Below, one piece after another: positions 1 to 6,990 of a stretch of 64,000 bases of DNA. The notes beneath the pieces are model-generated. The model saw only the letters and a list, made by a program, of their open reading frames with translations. It was not told where the DNA came from and ran no database searches. Location: contig JBAZNR010000002.1 of the NCBI GenBank assembly GCA_041649175.1, positions 193,766 through 257,765 on the forward strand, in the 5' to 3' direction. Source of the DNA: Candidatus Omnitrophota bacterium. Its GTDB lineage: Bacteria > Omnitrophota > Gorgyraeia > Zapsychrales > JBAZNR01. The translations under genes were made by a program, and so were the position numbers. Position 1 is the first letter of the stretch. Every line of letters starts with the position of its first letter.

Positions 1-57
1 GATATTCATACCGATCAACATTCGCTGGAAGAGATTTTCATCGAGCTGGTAAAATAA
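1..57 (+). CDS. ABC transporter ATP-binding protein, C-terminal fragment (gene begins upstream of window)
   Basis: Frame 1 reads ...[12 protein letters not shown] and stops at TAA 55-57, which is a typical ABC ATPase C-terminus. The ABC-2 permease start lies 3 nt downstream. Confidence 0.5.
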   Translation, partial: DIHTDQHSLEEIFIELVK

Positions 58-59
58 AA

Positions 60-821
60 ATGAACCTCTACTCCGTTTACGCTATTTACAAATTTGAAAT
101 GCATCGATGGTTTCGAACGGTCGGGCAGAGCATTGCCTCGCCGGTGATCTCCACAAGTTTATATTTTGTGGTCTTCGGATCAGCCATTGGTTCGCGCATC
201 ACCCAAATCGACGGGATCAGTTACGGATCATTTATCGTGCCCGGTTTAATTATGCTCGCGGTTTTGACAGAAAGCATATCCAACGCGTCGTTTGGGATCT
301 ATTTCCCGAAATTTACCGGAACCATTTACGAGCTTCTTTCCGCGCCCATTTCTTATGTTGAGATCCTTTTAGGCTATGTGGGAGCCGCCGCGACCAAATC
401 GATCTTGCTGGGCATTTTGATCCTGATCACCGCGTTTTTTTTCGTTCCCTTACAGATCGCTCATCCTTTCTTCGTACTTTTCTTTTTAGTCTTAACATCC
501 GTTACGTTCAGCTTGTTCGGTTTTATTATCGGTATCTGGGCGGACGGATTTGAAAAACTACAGATCATTCCGATCTTGATCATCACACCTCTTACATTTT
601 TAGGAGGAAGTTTTTACGCGATCAATATGCTGCCGGATTTTTGGCAAAAGATTTCCTTATTTAATCCGGTCGTGTATCTTATCAGTGGTTTTCGTTGGAG
701 TTTCTACGAAAAGTCCGATGTCGGATTGACGCTTAGCCTATTGATGATATTTGTTTTTCTAGCTGTCTGTATAGCTTTTGTCCAGTGGATCTTTAAAACC
801 GGCTATCGGATAAAGAATTAG
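60..821 (+). CDS. ABC-2 type transporter permease (NodJ/YadH-like)
   Basis: 253 aa and very hydrophobic, with about 6 TM segments. The N-terminus [20 protein letters not shown]...LYFVVFG matches ABC-2 permeases, and the gene is coupled to the upstream ATPase. Confidence 0.8.
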   Translation: MNLYSVYAIYKFEMHRWFRTVGQSIASPVISTSLYFVVFGSAIGSRITQIDGISYGSFIVPGLIMLAVLTESISNASFGIYFPKFTGTIYELLSAPISYVEILLGYVGAAATKSILLGILILITAFFFVPLQIAHPFFVLFFLVLTSVTFSLFGFIIGIWADGFEKLQIIPILIITPLTFLGGSFYAINMLPDFWQKISLFNPVVYLISGFRWSFYEKSDVGLTLSLLMIFVFLAVCIAFVQWIFKTGYRIKN

Positions 822-836
822 CGCTTTGTTTGAAAA

Positions 837-866
837 ACTCGCGCATAGCGCTGGCGAGTGTTTTTT
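837..866 (+). terminator. Rho-independent terminator after ABC permease
   Basis: ACTCGC, an 11-nt loop, then GCGAGT, followed directly by TTTTTT. Confidence 0.55.
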
Positions 867-924
867 GGCTTGATGTTTCATTATAAAAGAGATACGCTAA
901 TCATTAGTTAAAATAAAAACGACG

Positions 925-1614
925 ATGACAATAACCGAATTACCCTCAATTTTCCAAAAAGAAGACTTTACTAAAGAAGGCCTTTATTTGCTTTTTCCCG
1001 ACGGCCAAAAGGTCAAGATCGTGCGCGATGAAATTGAGGCGCTTTCCGAGGAATTTTGGCAAGATCCTAAAAAGATCCACCCTAATATCAAAGAAATGCC
1101 CGAATTTCAACCTTGCGGACATTGCCCTCATCATGGCGAAGACATTTTGTGTTTAGCTCTTCGGCCCATTTTGCCATATCTAAAAAACGTCGATCGGTAC
1201 ATGTCTTACCAGGAAGTGACGGCGGTTTTTTCTGCCGGGGACGCATCCAACGTTAAGGTTTCCAAGACAACAACCCAGCAGGCGCTTAAATATGTAGCGA
1301 TCTTAAGTCTCATTTATTATTGCGAAATGGGCAATCGCTATTGCGGGTTTTTAAAAGATATTAGCCCTCTAACACCGCCTAAGGAAATGGCCGATCATCT
1401 TTTAAGCAATATCAAAGAGATCTACGGCGAGGATAAAGCAAAGATCAACGAAGAAATTGCCAAATTTCAAAAGGAAGTTTTAGAATCCGCACAATGCCTG
1501 ACCAAGCGCTTGCGCTTGATCTGTGAAAATGACGCGTTTTTAAACGCGTTCGTTAACGCCCAAACCGCGCTGGACTTCCTGCTTTTAAAGAACCGAAAAC
1601 AGTCGGCGGGATAA
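925..1614 (+). CDS. hypothetical protein with CGHCPHHGEDILC Cys/His motif
   Basis: 229-aa ORF with only one short antisense ORF (946..1134, 62 aa) overlapping it, no TM segments and no family I recognise. The Cys/His cluster suggests metal binding. Confidence 0.5.
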   Translation: MTITELPSIFQKEDFTKEGLYLLFPDGQKVKIVRDEIEALSEEFWQDPKKIHPNIKEMPEFQPCGHCPHHGEDILCLALRPILPYLKNVDRYMSYQEVTAVFSAGDASNVKVSKTTTQQALKYVAILSLIYYCEMGNRYCGFLKDISPLTPPKEMADHLLSNIKEIYGEDKAKINEEIAKFQKEVLESAQCLTKRLRLICENDAFLNAFVNAQTALDFLLLKNRKQSAG

Positions 1615-1620
1615 AAGTTC

Positions 1621-1659
1621 ATTTCACTTTCGTCGCAGAAAATAAGGAAATAGTGAAAT
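1621..1659. promoter_or_regulatory. inverted repeat ATTTCACT-N23-AGTGAAAT upstream of the YHS-domain gene
   Basis: Perfect 8-bp inverted arms at 1621-1628 and 1652-1659, about 50 nt upstream of the 1709 start. A candidate operator, or a leader hairpin without a U-tract. Confidence 0.35.
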
Positions 1660-1708
1660 TAAGATCTTTAAAAAGCAAAACAACCAACTAATCGAAAGGA
1701 GTCATGCA

Positions 1709-1993
1709 ATGCGTTTTATAATTGCATTTTTTGTTGCGGCGTTTGTTTTCGGAATTAATTCAAGTGTTTTTGCCCATTGCGGAAAATGTGGAGTGGGTGA
1801 AGCCGCGGAAGGTGAGGCTACGCACATGATGGAAAATAAGGTCTGCATGTGCGGAATGGAACTTGATAAAAAAACCTCCGTCCATGAAGAATACGAAGGA
1901 AAGACCTATCATTTTTGCCACACGGATTGTGCGGCGAAGTTTAAGGCAAATCCGGCCGAAGGCGTGAAAATGATTTCTGAAAAGAACATGTAA
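1709..1993 (+). CDS. secreted YHS/TRASH-domain metal-binding protein
   Basis: AGGAG 7 nt upstream and an N-terminal signal peptide. The C-terminal VCMCGM...YEGKTYHFCHTDCAAKFKANP matches the YHS domain consensus. Confidence 0.7.
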   Translation: MRFIIAFFVAAFVFGINSSVFAHCGKCGVGEAAEGEATHMMENKVCMCGMELDKKTSVHEEYEGKTYHFCHTDCAAKFKANPAEGVKMISEKNM

Positions 1994-2010
1994 TTGATCC
2001 GCTTATGTCT

Positions 2011-2044
2011 GGGCGCCAAAAACGCAATAGCGTTTTTGGCGCCC
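2011..2044 (+). terminator. intrinsic terminator hairpin after YHS gene
   Basis: Perfect palindrome GGGCGCCAAAAACGC-aata-GCGTTTTTGGCGCCC, 18 nt after the stop and followed by a T-rich stretch. Confidence 0.6.
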
Positions 2045-2340
2045 TTCGCTTTTACCCACCTTTTCTCTCCACAATTGCACTTCGACGGCGCCCTGACGTA
2101 TCATTAAGGCGCCGCTCAGCACAACCCTGAGCCCCTCGACTTCCGCTCGGGATGGTGAGCAAGAGTCGAACCACAAGAGAAACGCGTCGAAGGGTTGATT
2201 TTCCGAAGGAAAAATTGTATAATTCCGAAGCATGAAGATGAATTAAGTAATGCCCTCTAACTCCCAAGAAAGGAGGCAGAAGTTTCTTCTTTTAACCGTA
2301 ATCACAATGACTTGCTTTAAAACAAAAGGAGAGTGCTTCA

Positions 2341-2631
2341 ATGTTTAGAAAGTTATTAATTTTAGTTGGAATTTTATTAATTTGCAGCCCAATTTATGCA
2401 GATACGTACGTTGATGGATACTACCGCAAAGATGGCACATATGTTCAACCACATTACAGAAGCTCGCCTAATAGCACTGAATACGACAATTATTCGACAA
2501 AAGGAAACTACAATCCCTATACGGGCAAAGAGGGAACCAAGAATCCCGATAATGACGGATACAGCGGATCATATAATCCTTATGGATCATCCTCAAAGAA
2601 GAATAATAATGAAAACAATGGGGGATGGTGA
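2341..2631 (+). CDS. secreted low-complexity Tyr/Asn/Gly-rich small protein (hypothetical)
   Basis: AGGAG 9 nt upstream. Signal peptide MFRKLLILVGILLICSPIYA, then a Y/N/G/S-rich mature part with reiterated YNPY(T)G-type motifs. Confidence 0.5.
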   Translation: MFRKLLILVGILLICSPIYADTYVDGYYRKDGTYVQPHYRSSPNSTEYDNYSTKGNYNPYTGKEGTKNPDNDGYSGSYNPYGSSSKKNNNENNGGW

Positions 2632-2825
2632 ATAAGCAATGTTTATATTTCAATCTGAGATTCAATTGGGAGAATAGATAGTTCTCACTAGGCGCAATCT
2701 TGCATCCGCACATCTCGCGGCGAAGCCGCGGGCCGAAGGCGAATGACGAGTGTTCCCGGAATTCATGGAATTCAAATAGGGGAAAGCGGGAAACGGTTTA
2801 AAGGACTCTCAATAAAAGGAGTAAA

Positions 2826-3716
2826 ATGTTTAAAAAAATATTAATAGCAAGCAGTTTTATTGTTTTGATAGTGATGGGATCATTGGAAGCTGAAGCCGTC
2901 AACTCTACGAAGGCTAATGCCAAGAGTCCGATTGCTAATAATGTTCAATCTAGTATTCATGCCATGACTGAATCCAAGGCGTATGAGTTATTATACAACA
3001 ATTCTAAGGAATCAAATGATAGGCTAATGTCAACCACACAATGGGCTTGTGGTTTTGTAGCAGGATTTATTCTATTAGTCCTCGGTACTCAAATATTTTT
3101 TAATTATCGTATAGGAAAACAGGAAATAGATAACATAAAAAATGAATTAGAAAAAAGGCTAACCGCAGACAAGTCAAATTTATTAGAAAATATTAACAAA
3201 GCTAACAAAGAAAACGAACGTATTGTTCAACAGTTATCAGAGAAGGCAAAAAGCGATCTAAAAGAGATTATAGATTCTAGGTTTACAGAGAAAATAAAAC
3301 TGCTAGAAACGGAAAAAGAAATCTATAAAAAAGATATAGAATTGATCGAGAGCAGGATCAGTACAAAAATAAGCAATTTAGCTATTGATCTTGAGGGTGT
3401 TCAAGGGCACGTGTGGAATTTGAGGGGGGTTAAATCAAATGCGATTACTAGGTTTATTGATAAGGCTTTGCTGCAAATTAAAGAAAAAATAGATGTTAAG
3501 TACACGTTAAAGGAAATTCATGAAACCTTAGAAAACCTTTCTGAAATACACGAATCTGATTTTCATTCGCTTGAAGACTTAATGAAGAATATACCTGAGA
3601 AATATGATGCTCTAAGGAAGTCCATTGACTTCTTATTTAAAAAAATGCCTATTTATAAATTCGTAGATGATCCAAAAAACCCTGAGAATTCTCTTAAAAC
3701 GTATGTTAAGAAATAA
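2826..3716 (+). CDS. membrane-anchored coiled-coil protein (hypothetical)
   Basis: AAGGAG RBS, a signal-like N-terminus, and one TM segment (ACGFVAGFILLVLGTQIFF). The remaining 200 aa or so are a Lys/Glu/Ile-rich heptad-like coiled coil. Confidence 0.55.
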   Translation: MFKKILIASSFIVLIVMGSLEAEAVNSTKANAKSPIANNVQSSIHAMTESKAYELLYNNSKESNDRLMSTTQWACGFVAGFILLVLGTQIFFNYRIGKQEIDNIKNELEKRLTADKSNLLENINKANKENERIVQQLSEKAKSDLKEIIDSRFTEKIKLLETEKEIYKKDIELIESRISTKISNLAIDLEGVQGHVWNLRGVKSNAITRFIDKALLQIKEKIDVKYTLKEIHETLENLSEIHESDFHSLEDLMKNIPEKYDALRKSIDFLFKKMPIYKFVDDPKNPENSLKTYVKK

Positions 3717-3746
3717 AAAAGTATTTAGACTGAGTCAACAAAAACG

Positions 3747-3758
3747 GTGCCAGGCACC
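3747..3758. repeat. 12-nt palindromic motif GTGCCAGGCACC, copy 1
   Basis: Near-perfect palindrome (GGTGCC-A-GGCACC) 30 nt upstream of ORF 3788. An identical 12-mer recurs at 4224-4235. Confidence 0.5.
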
Positions 3759-3787
3759 ACTTAATTTGTTAAATCTCAATATTTGAT

Positions 3788-4210
3788 ATGGGAATTCTAA
3801 CCGACATATTGAAAGTGCTGCCGCTTGCAAGCACTGCCATTGGATCTTACTTCTGGATTCGACGCAACGTTTGGTCTTCACATATTTCAATTGCAAAGAT
3901 AGCTATACCCGGATATGACTACAATGAAGAACTCATAAGAGAGCTATCCGCACAGCGAGCTGATAGTTTAATAGCATGGATTTATATTGTTTTATCCGTG
4001 TTCAGCCAGACCATTTTAAATTTTATTCCTATTCCAACCACCTGGGATTACTCAATAACTTTTGAACCTCAGCATTTATTTCTTTTTTTACTGTGCTGCT
4101 TATCTTTCTACTTATTTGGGAATCGTGTGTCGCGGTATACGGAGGAAAGAACTTTTAAGAGAGCTATGAAAATCATCTCAAATCCCAAAAAAGGGGCAGT
4201 TCCCGGATAG
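3788..4210 (+). CDS. small integral membrane protein (hypothetical)
   Basis: 140 aa with 3-4 hydrophobic segments and a weak RBS. Flanked on both sides by the GTGCCAGGCACC motif. Confidence 0.4.
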   Translation: MGILTDILKVLPLASTAIGSYFWIRRNVWSSHISIAKIAIPGYDYNEELIRELSAQRADSLIAWIYIVLSVFSQTILNFIPIPTTWDYSITFEPQHLFLFLLCCLSFYLFGNRVSRYTEERTFKRAMKIISNPKKGAVPG

Positions 4211-4223
4211 CACGCAAAAGAAA

Positions 4224-4235
4224 GTGCCAGGCACC
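4224..4235. repeat. 12-nt palindromic motif GTGCCAGGCACC, copy 2
   Basis: Identical 12-mer 14 nt after the stop of ORF 3788-4210. The flanks (GGCACCGTTT) are the reverse complement of the copy-1 flank (AAACGGTGCC). Confidence 0.5.
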
Positions 4236-4261
4236 GTTTATAAATTCTAAGGAGATTCACA

Positions 4262-4780
4262 ATGCCCAAACCCATTATAAATATTTCTGATATTAAATTG
4301 CAGTCTCGTCCCGCGGCCTTTGCGCCAACAGGCAAGTCCGCCGAAAAGTTCGACGCGAAAATGGGGCCGATCGCGCCACTGATCGGTGCGCAAAAGCTGG
4401 GTTACAATATTACGTCCGTTCCTCCCGGCAAACGCGCTTTTCCGTTTCACAATCACCGCGTGAATGAAGAAATGTTTTTTATTCTGGAAGGAAAAGGCGA
4501 GCTTCGGATCGGCAAAGAAACCTATCCGGTCCGTCAAGGCGATTTTATCGCCTGTCCGCCGGGCGGAAAAGAAACCGCCCATCAAATCATCAATACCGGA
4601 ACTGAAGAATTAAAATATCTTGCCGTCAGTACTAAAATGTACCCGGAGATTTGTGATTATCCGGATTCGAATAAATTCGGCATCCTCGCCGAATATCCGG
4701 CTGGTTCCGATGGCAAGCCCAATCGCTTTATGTTCGTCGGCCGCGAGAATATCAACGTTAATTATTGGGATGGGGAATAG
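4262..4780 (+). CDS. cupin domain protein
   Basis: AAGGAG 7 nt upstream. The sequence HNHRVNEEMFFILEGKGELRIGKETYPVRQGDFIACPPG fits the two-motif cupin barrel. Confidence 0.6.
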   Translation: MPKPIINISDIKLQSRPAAFAPTGKSAEKFDAKMGPIAPLIGAQKLGYNITSVPPGKRAFPFHNHRVNEEMFFILEGKGELRIGKETYPVRQGDFIACPPGGKETAHQIINTGTEELKYLAVSTKMYPEICDYPDSNKFGILAEYPAGSDGKPNRFMFVGRENINVNYWDGE

Positions 4781-4847
4781 GTAGCAGATTTTTATAAAAA
4801 GGTTTTGAAGCCCGCGAGCCCGGGGTACCGCAAACGAAAGATAAAAA

Positions 4848-5609
4848 ATGAAACAATGGTATGAAGCATTATTCGAGAATTACGGGCGCAAATACGATAA
4901 TGAGCCTTTTGTTCAAGGAACTTCAGGTGAATGCGACTTTATTGAAGCTGAGATAGGCCGTAATAGATCTTTGACGATCATAGATATTGGCTGCGGCACC
5001 GGGCGGCATTCCATTGAATTGGCCAAAAGAGGTTATCAGGTCAAAGGTATTGATTTATCCGAGTCACAGCTCGCAAGGGCGAAGGAAAAAGCCAAAGAAG
5101 CCGGGGTAACGATCGACTTTCAGAAACATGACGCGCGCGATCTTCCTTTTGAACACGAGTTTGATCTGGCAATTATGCTCTGCGAAGGCGGATTTTCCTT
5201 GATGGAAACCGATGAAATGAATTTTGATATCCTCAAAAGTGCTACCAAAGCACTTAAAAGTAAAGGCAAGTTCATTTTCACCACATTAAACGGATTATTC
5301 CCGCTGTTTCATTCTGTCAGTGACTTCTATAAATCGGCCGAGAAAGAAGGCCAGTCACAGTGCAAAGAATGTTCCTTTGATCTGATGACTTTCCGTGATC
5401 ATAACACTGCTGTTTTTGAGGACGATTCCGGAAATAAACAAGAGCTCAAGTGTAACGAGCGTTATTACGTGCCTAGCGAGATAATGTGGCTTTTAAAGAC
5501 GCTTGAGTTTAAGAAGGTCGACATCTTTGGCGCGAAGCTTGGAGCATATTCAAGAAACGATAAGCTGACAAATGAAGATTTTGAAATGCTCGTGATCGCG
5601 CAGAAATAG
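4848..5609 (+). CDS. class I SAM-dependent methyltransferase
   Basis: IIDIGCGTGRHSIELAKRGYQVKGIDLS is a glycine-rich SAM-binding motif I, and a DLAIM-like motif follows. Confidence 0.7.
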   Translation: MKQWYEALFENYGRKYDNEPFVQGTSGECDFIEAEIGRNRSLTIIDIGCGTGRHSIELAKRGYQVKGIDLSESQLARAKEKAKEAGVTIDFQKHDARDLPFEHEFDLAIMLCEGGFSLMETDEMNFDILKSATKALKSKGKFIFTTLNGLFPLFHSVSDFYKSAEKEGQSQCKECSFDLMTFRDHNTAVFEDDSGNKQELKCNERYYVPSEIMWLLKTLEFKKVDIFGAKLGAYSRNDKLTNEDFEMLVIAQK

Positions 5610-5645
5610 CTATAAAAATGTGCTGATGGAAAGGCAGGTAGAGCT

Positions 5646-5966
5646 ATGAAAATCGGAGTGATTATCTCAAGCAATGACGCGGAGACCTGCTGGAACGCGA
5701 TTCGTTATGCTAATTTTGCGCTCGGACAAAAAGATGAAGTCAAAATTTTCTTCATGGGCAAAGGAGTGGAGTATCAAAAAGTCAGCACGGATAAATTCAA
5801 CACGATTGAGCAAGCAGAGAAATTCATGGCGGACGGCGGAAAGATATACGCCTGCGGAACCTGCATCAAAAGCAGAGAGCAAGAAGGCTCCAAAATGTGC
5901 CCGATCTCAACGATGAAAGACATGTATGAAATTATTAAGGAAAGCGATAAGGTTGTGACGTTTTAG
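5646..5966 (+). CDS. DsrE/DsrF-like family protein
   Basis: 106 aa beginning MKIGVIISSND...; conserved Cys in GKIYACGTC. Size and pattern are typical of the DsrE/YchN fold. Confidence 0.55.
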   Translation: MKIGVIISSNDAETCWNAIRYANFALGQKDEVKIFFMGKGVEYQKVSTDKFNTIEQAEKFMADGGKIYACGTCIKSREQEGSKMCPISTMKDMYEIIKESDKVVTF

Positions 5967-5988
5967 ATAGTTTTAACAGGAGAACAAG

Positions 5989-6771
5989 ATGGAATACATC
6001 GTTGTCTGCTTAGTTGCCTTACTGGCTTCAGGGCTGACTTTCTTTTCAGGATTTGGGCTCGGCACGATCCTGATGCCGGTTTTGGCGATATTTTTTCCTG
6101 TTCCCATCGCGGTCGCGGCAACAGCTTTGGCGCACTTCGCGAATAATTTATTTAAATTGTTCCTCGTTGGCCGCCGCGCGAATAAAAGTATTGTGATCCA
6201 GTTTGGCGTTCCGGCAATCTTTGCGGCAGTACTCGGCGCATTCTTTTTGACATCTGCTTCTTCAATTCCGGCAATGGCGTCCTATCAAATTGGCGGACAT
6301 ACTTGCGAAATCACGACCGTTAAGCTTGTAGTCGGGTTGCTTATCGTGTTTTTTTCCGGCCTTGAATTCGTTCCGGCATTCGCAAAAATTTCGATCGATC
6401 CAAAATATCTGCCTATTGGAGGAATCATCTCCGGGTTTTTTGGCGGATTGTCCGGCAATCAAGGAGCATTTCGCTCAATGTTCCTTATCAAGGCAGGCCT
6501 CGCCAAGGAAGAATTTATCGGGACAAACGTTGTCTTAGCCGTCATTGTCGATTGCGGACGATTAACTGTTTACGGCATCGGGCTTTCTTCCGTTTTATCG
6601 ACGACAATGGCCAATTTGGGTGGATTGATATTAGCCGCTACAATTTCAGCTTTTGCCGGAGCTTACCTTGGAAAAATGATATTAAAAACAGTAACCTTAC
6701 GGGCAATACAGGTCATTGTTGGGGTAACGCTGATCCTTCTGGGAATAGCGTTAAGCATTGGTATTCTTTAA
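5989..6771 (+). CDS. TauE/SafE (TSUP) family anion/sulfite exporter
   Basis: 260 aa with 7-8 TM segments. Gly-rich motifs FFSGFGLGTILMPVL and GGLSGNQGAFRSMFLIKAGL are typical of TSUP transporters. Confidence 0.75.
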   Translation: MEYIVVCLVALLASGLTFFSGFGLGTILMPVLAIFFPVPIAVAATALAHFANNLFKLFLVGRRANKSIVIQFGVPAIFAAVLGAFFLTSASSIPAMASYQIGGHTCEITTVKLVVGLLIVFFSGLEFVPAFAKISIDPKYLPIGGIISGFFGGLSGNQGAFRSMFLIKAGLAKEEFIGTNVVLAVIVDCGRLTVYGIGLSSVLSTTMANLGGLILAATISAFAGAYLGKMILKTVTLRAIQVIVGVTLILLGIALSIGIL

Positions 6772-6848
6772 GGAAAACAATGAAGATATTTTGGAATAAA
6801 ATAAATTCTAATGGATAAAAATACAAATCTTACACCGAATTTAAAGCA

Positions 6849-6865
6849 GCCGAAAAATTTTCGGC
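6849..6865 (+). promoter_or_regulatory. 17-nt perfect palindrome GCCGAAAAATTTTCGGC in miaB upstream region
   Basis: Read directly from the sequence. Could fold as a short hairpin or be a dimer-binding site. Confidence 0.35.
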
Positions 6866-6875
6866 ATGTGAACTT

Positions 6876-6949
6876 ACTCCGAATTCTACGCGGCGGAAAA
6901 ATCTTTCGGCAGGAAACGCCTCAACATTTTTCTCGCCAGAATTCGGAGT
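6876..6949 (+). promoter_or_regulatory. 74-nt near-perfect hairpin in miaB 5' region
   Basis: Outer arms ACTCCGAATTCT (6876-6887) and AGAATTCGGAGT (6938-6949) are perfect. Inner arms GGCGGAAAAAT and ATTTTTCTCGCC pair with a one-base bulge. The hairpin ends 41 nt before the miaB start. Confidence 0.5.
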
Positions 6950-6990
6950 TTGACACCCATGAACAGGTTTCACCAAAGCGAGGATTCTAA

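Noticed and set aside
107-361. 84-aa ORF in an alternative frame inside the ABC-2 permease gene
   Set aside because: Fully embedded in a well-supported membrane-protein gene, with an Arg/His-rich translation typical of an out-of-frame artefact.
2141-2190. tRNA/tmRNA-like 3' end on the minus strand (GTGGTTCGACTCTTGCTCACCA)
   Set aside because: I could not fold the preceding sequence into a T-arm and acceptor stem consistent with a cloverleaf, and found no matching 5' acceptor strand. I treat it as a chance resemblance; a covariance-model scan would settle it.
2003-2267. Two overlapping minus-strand ORFs (76 and 71 aa) in the spacer after the YHS gene
   Set aside because: They overlap each other and the terminator hairpins, have no RBS and low-complexity, Arg-rich translations. 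Non-coding structured DNA is more likely.
5674-5916. 80-aa basic ORF in an alternative frame inside the DsrE-like gene
   Set aside because: Lys/Arg/Ser-rich out-of-frame translation. The DsrE-like frame has the conserved Cys motif.
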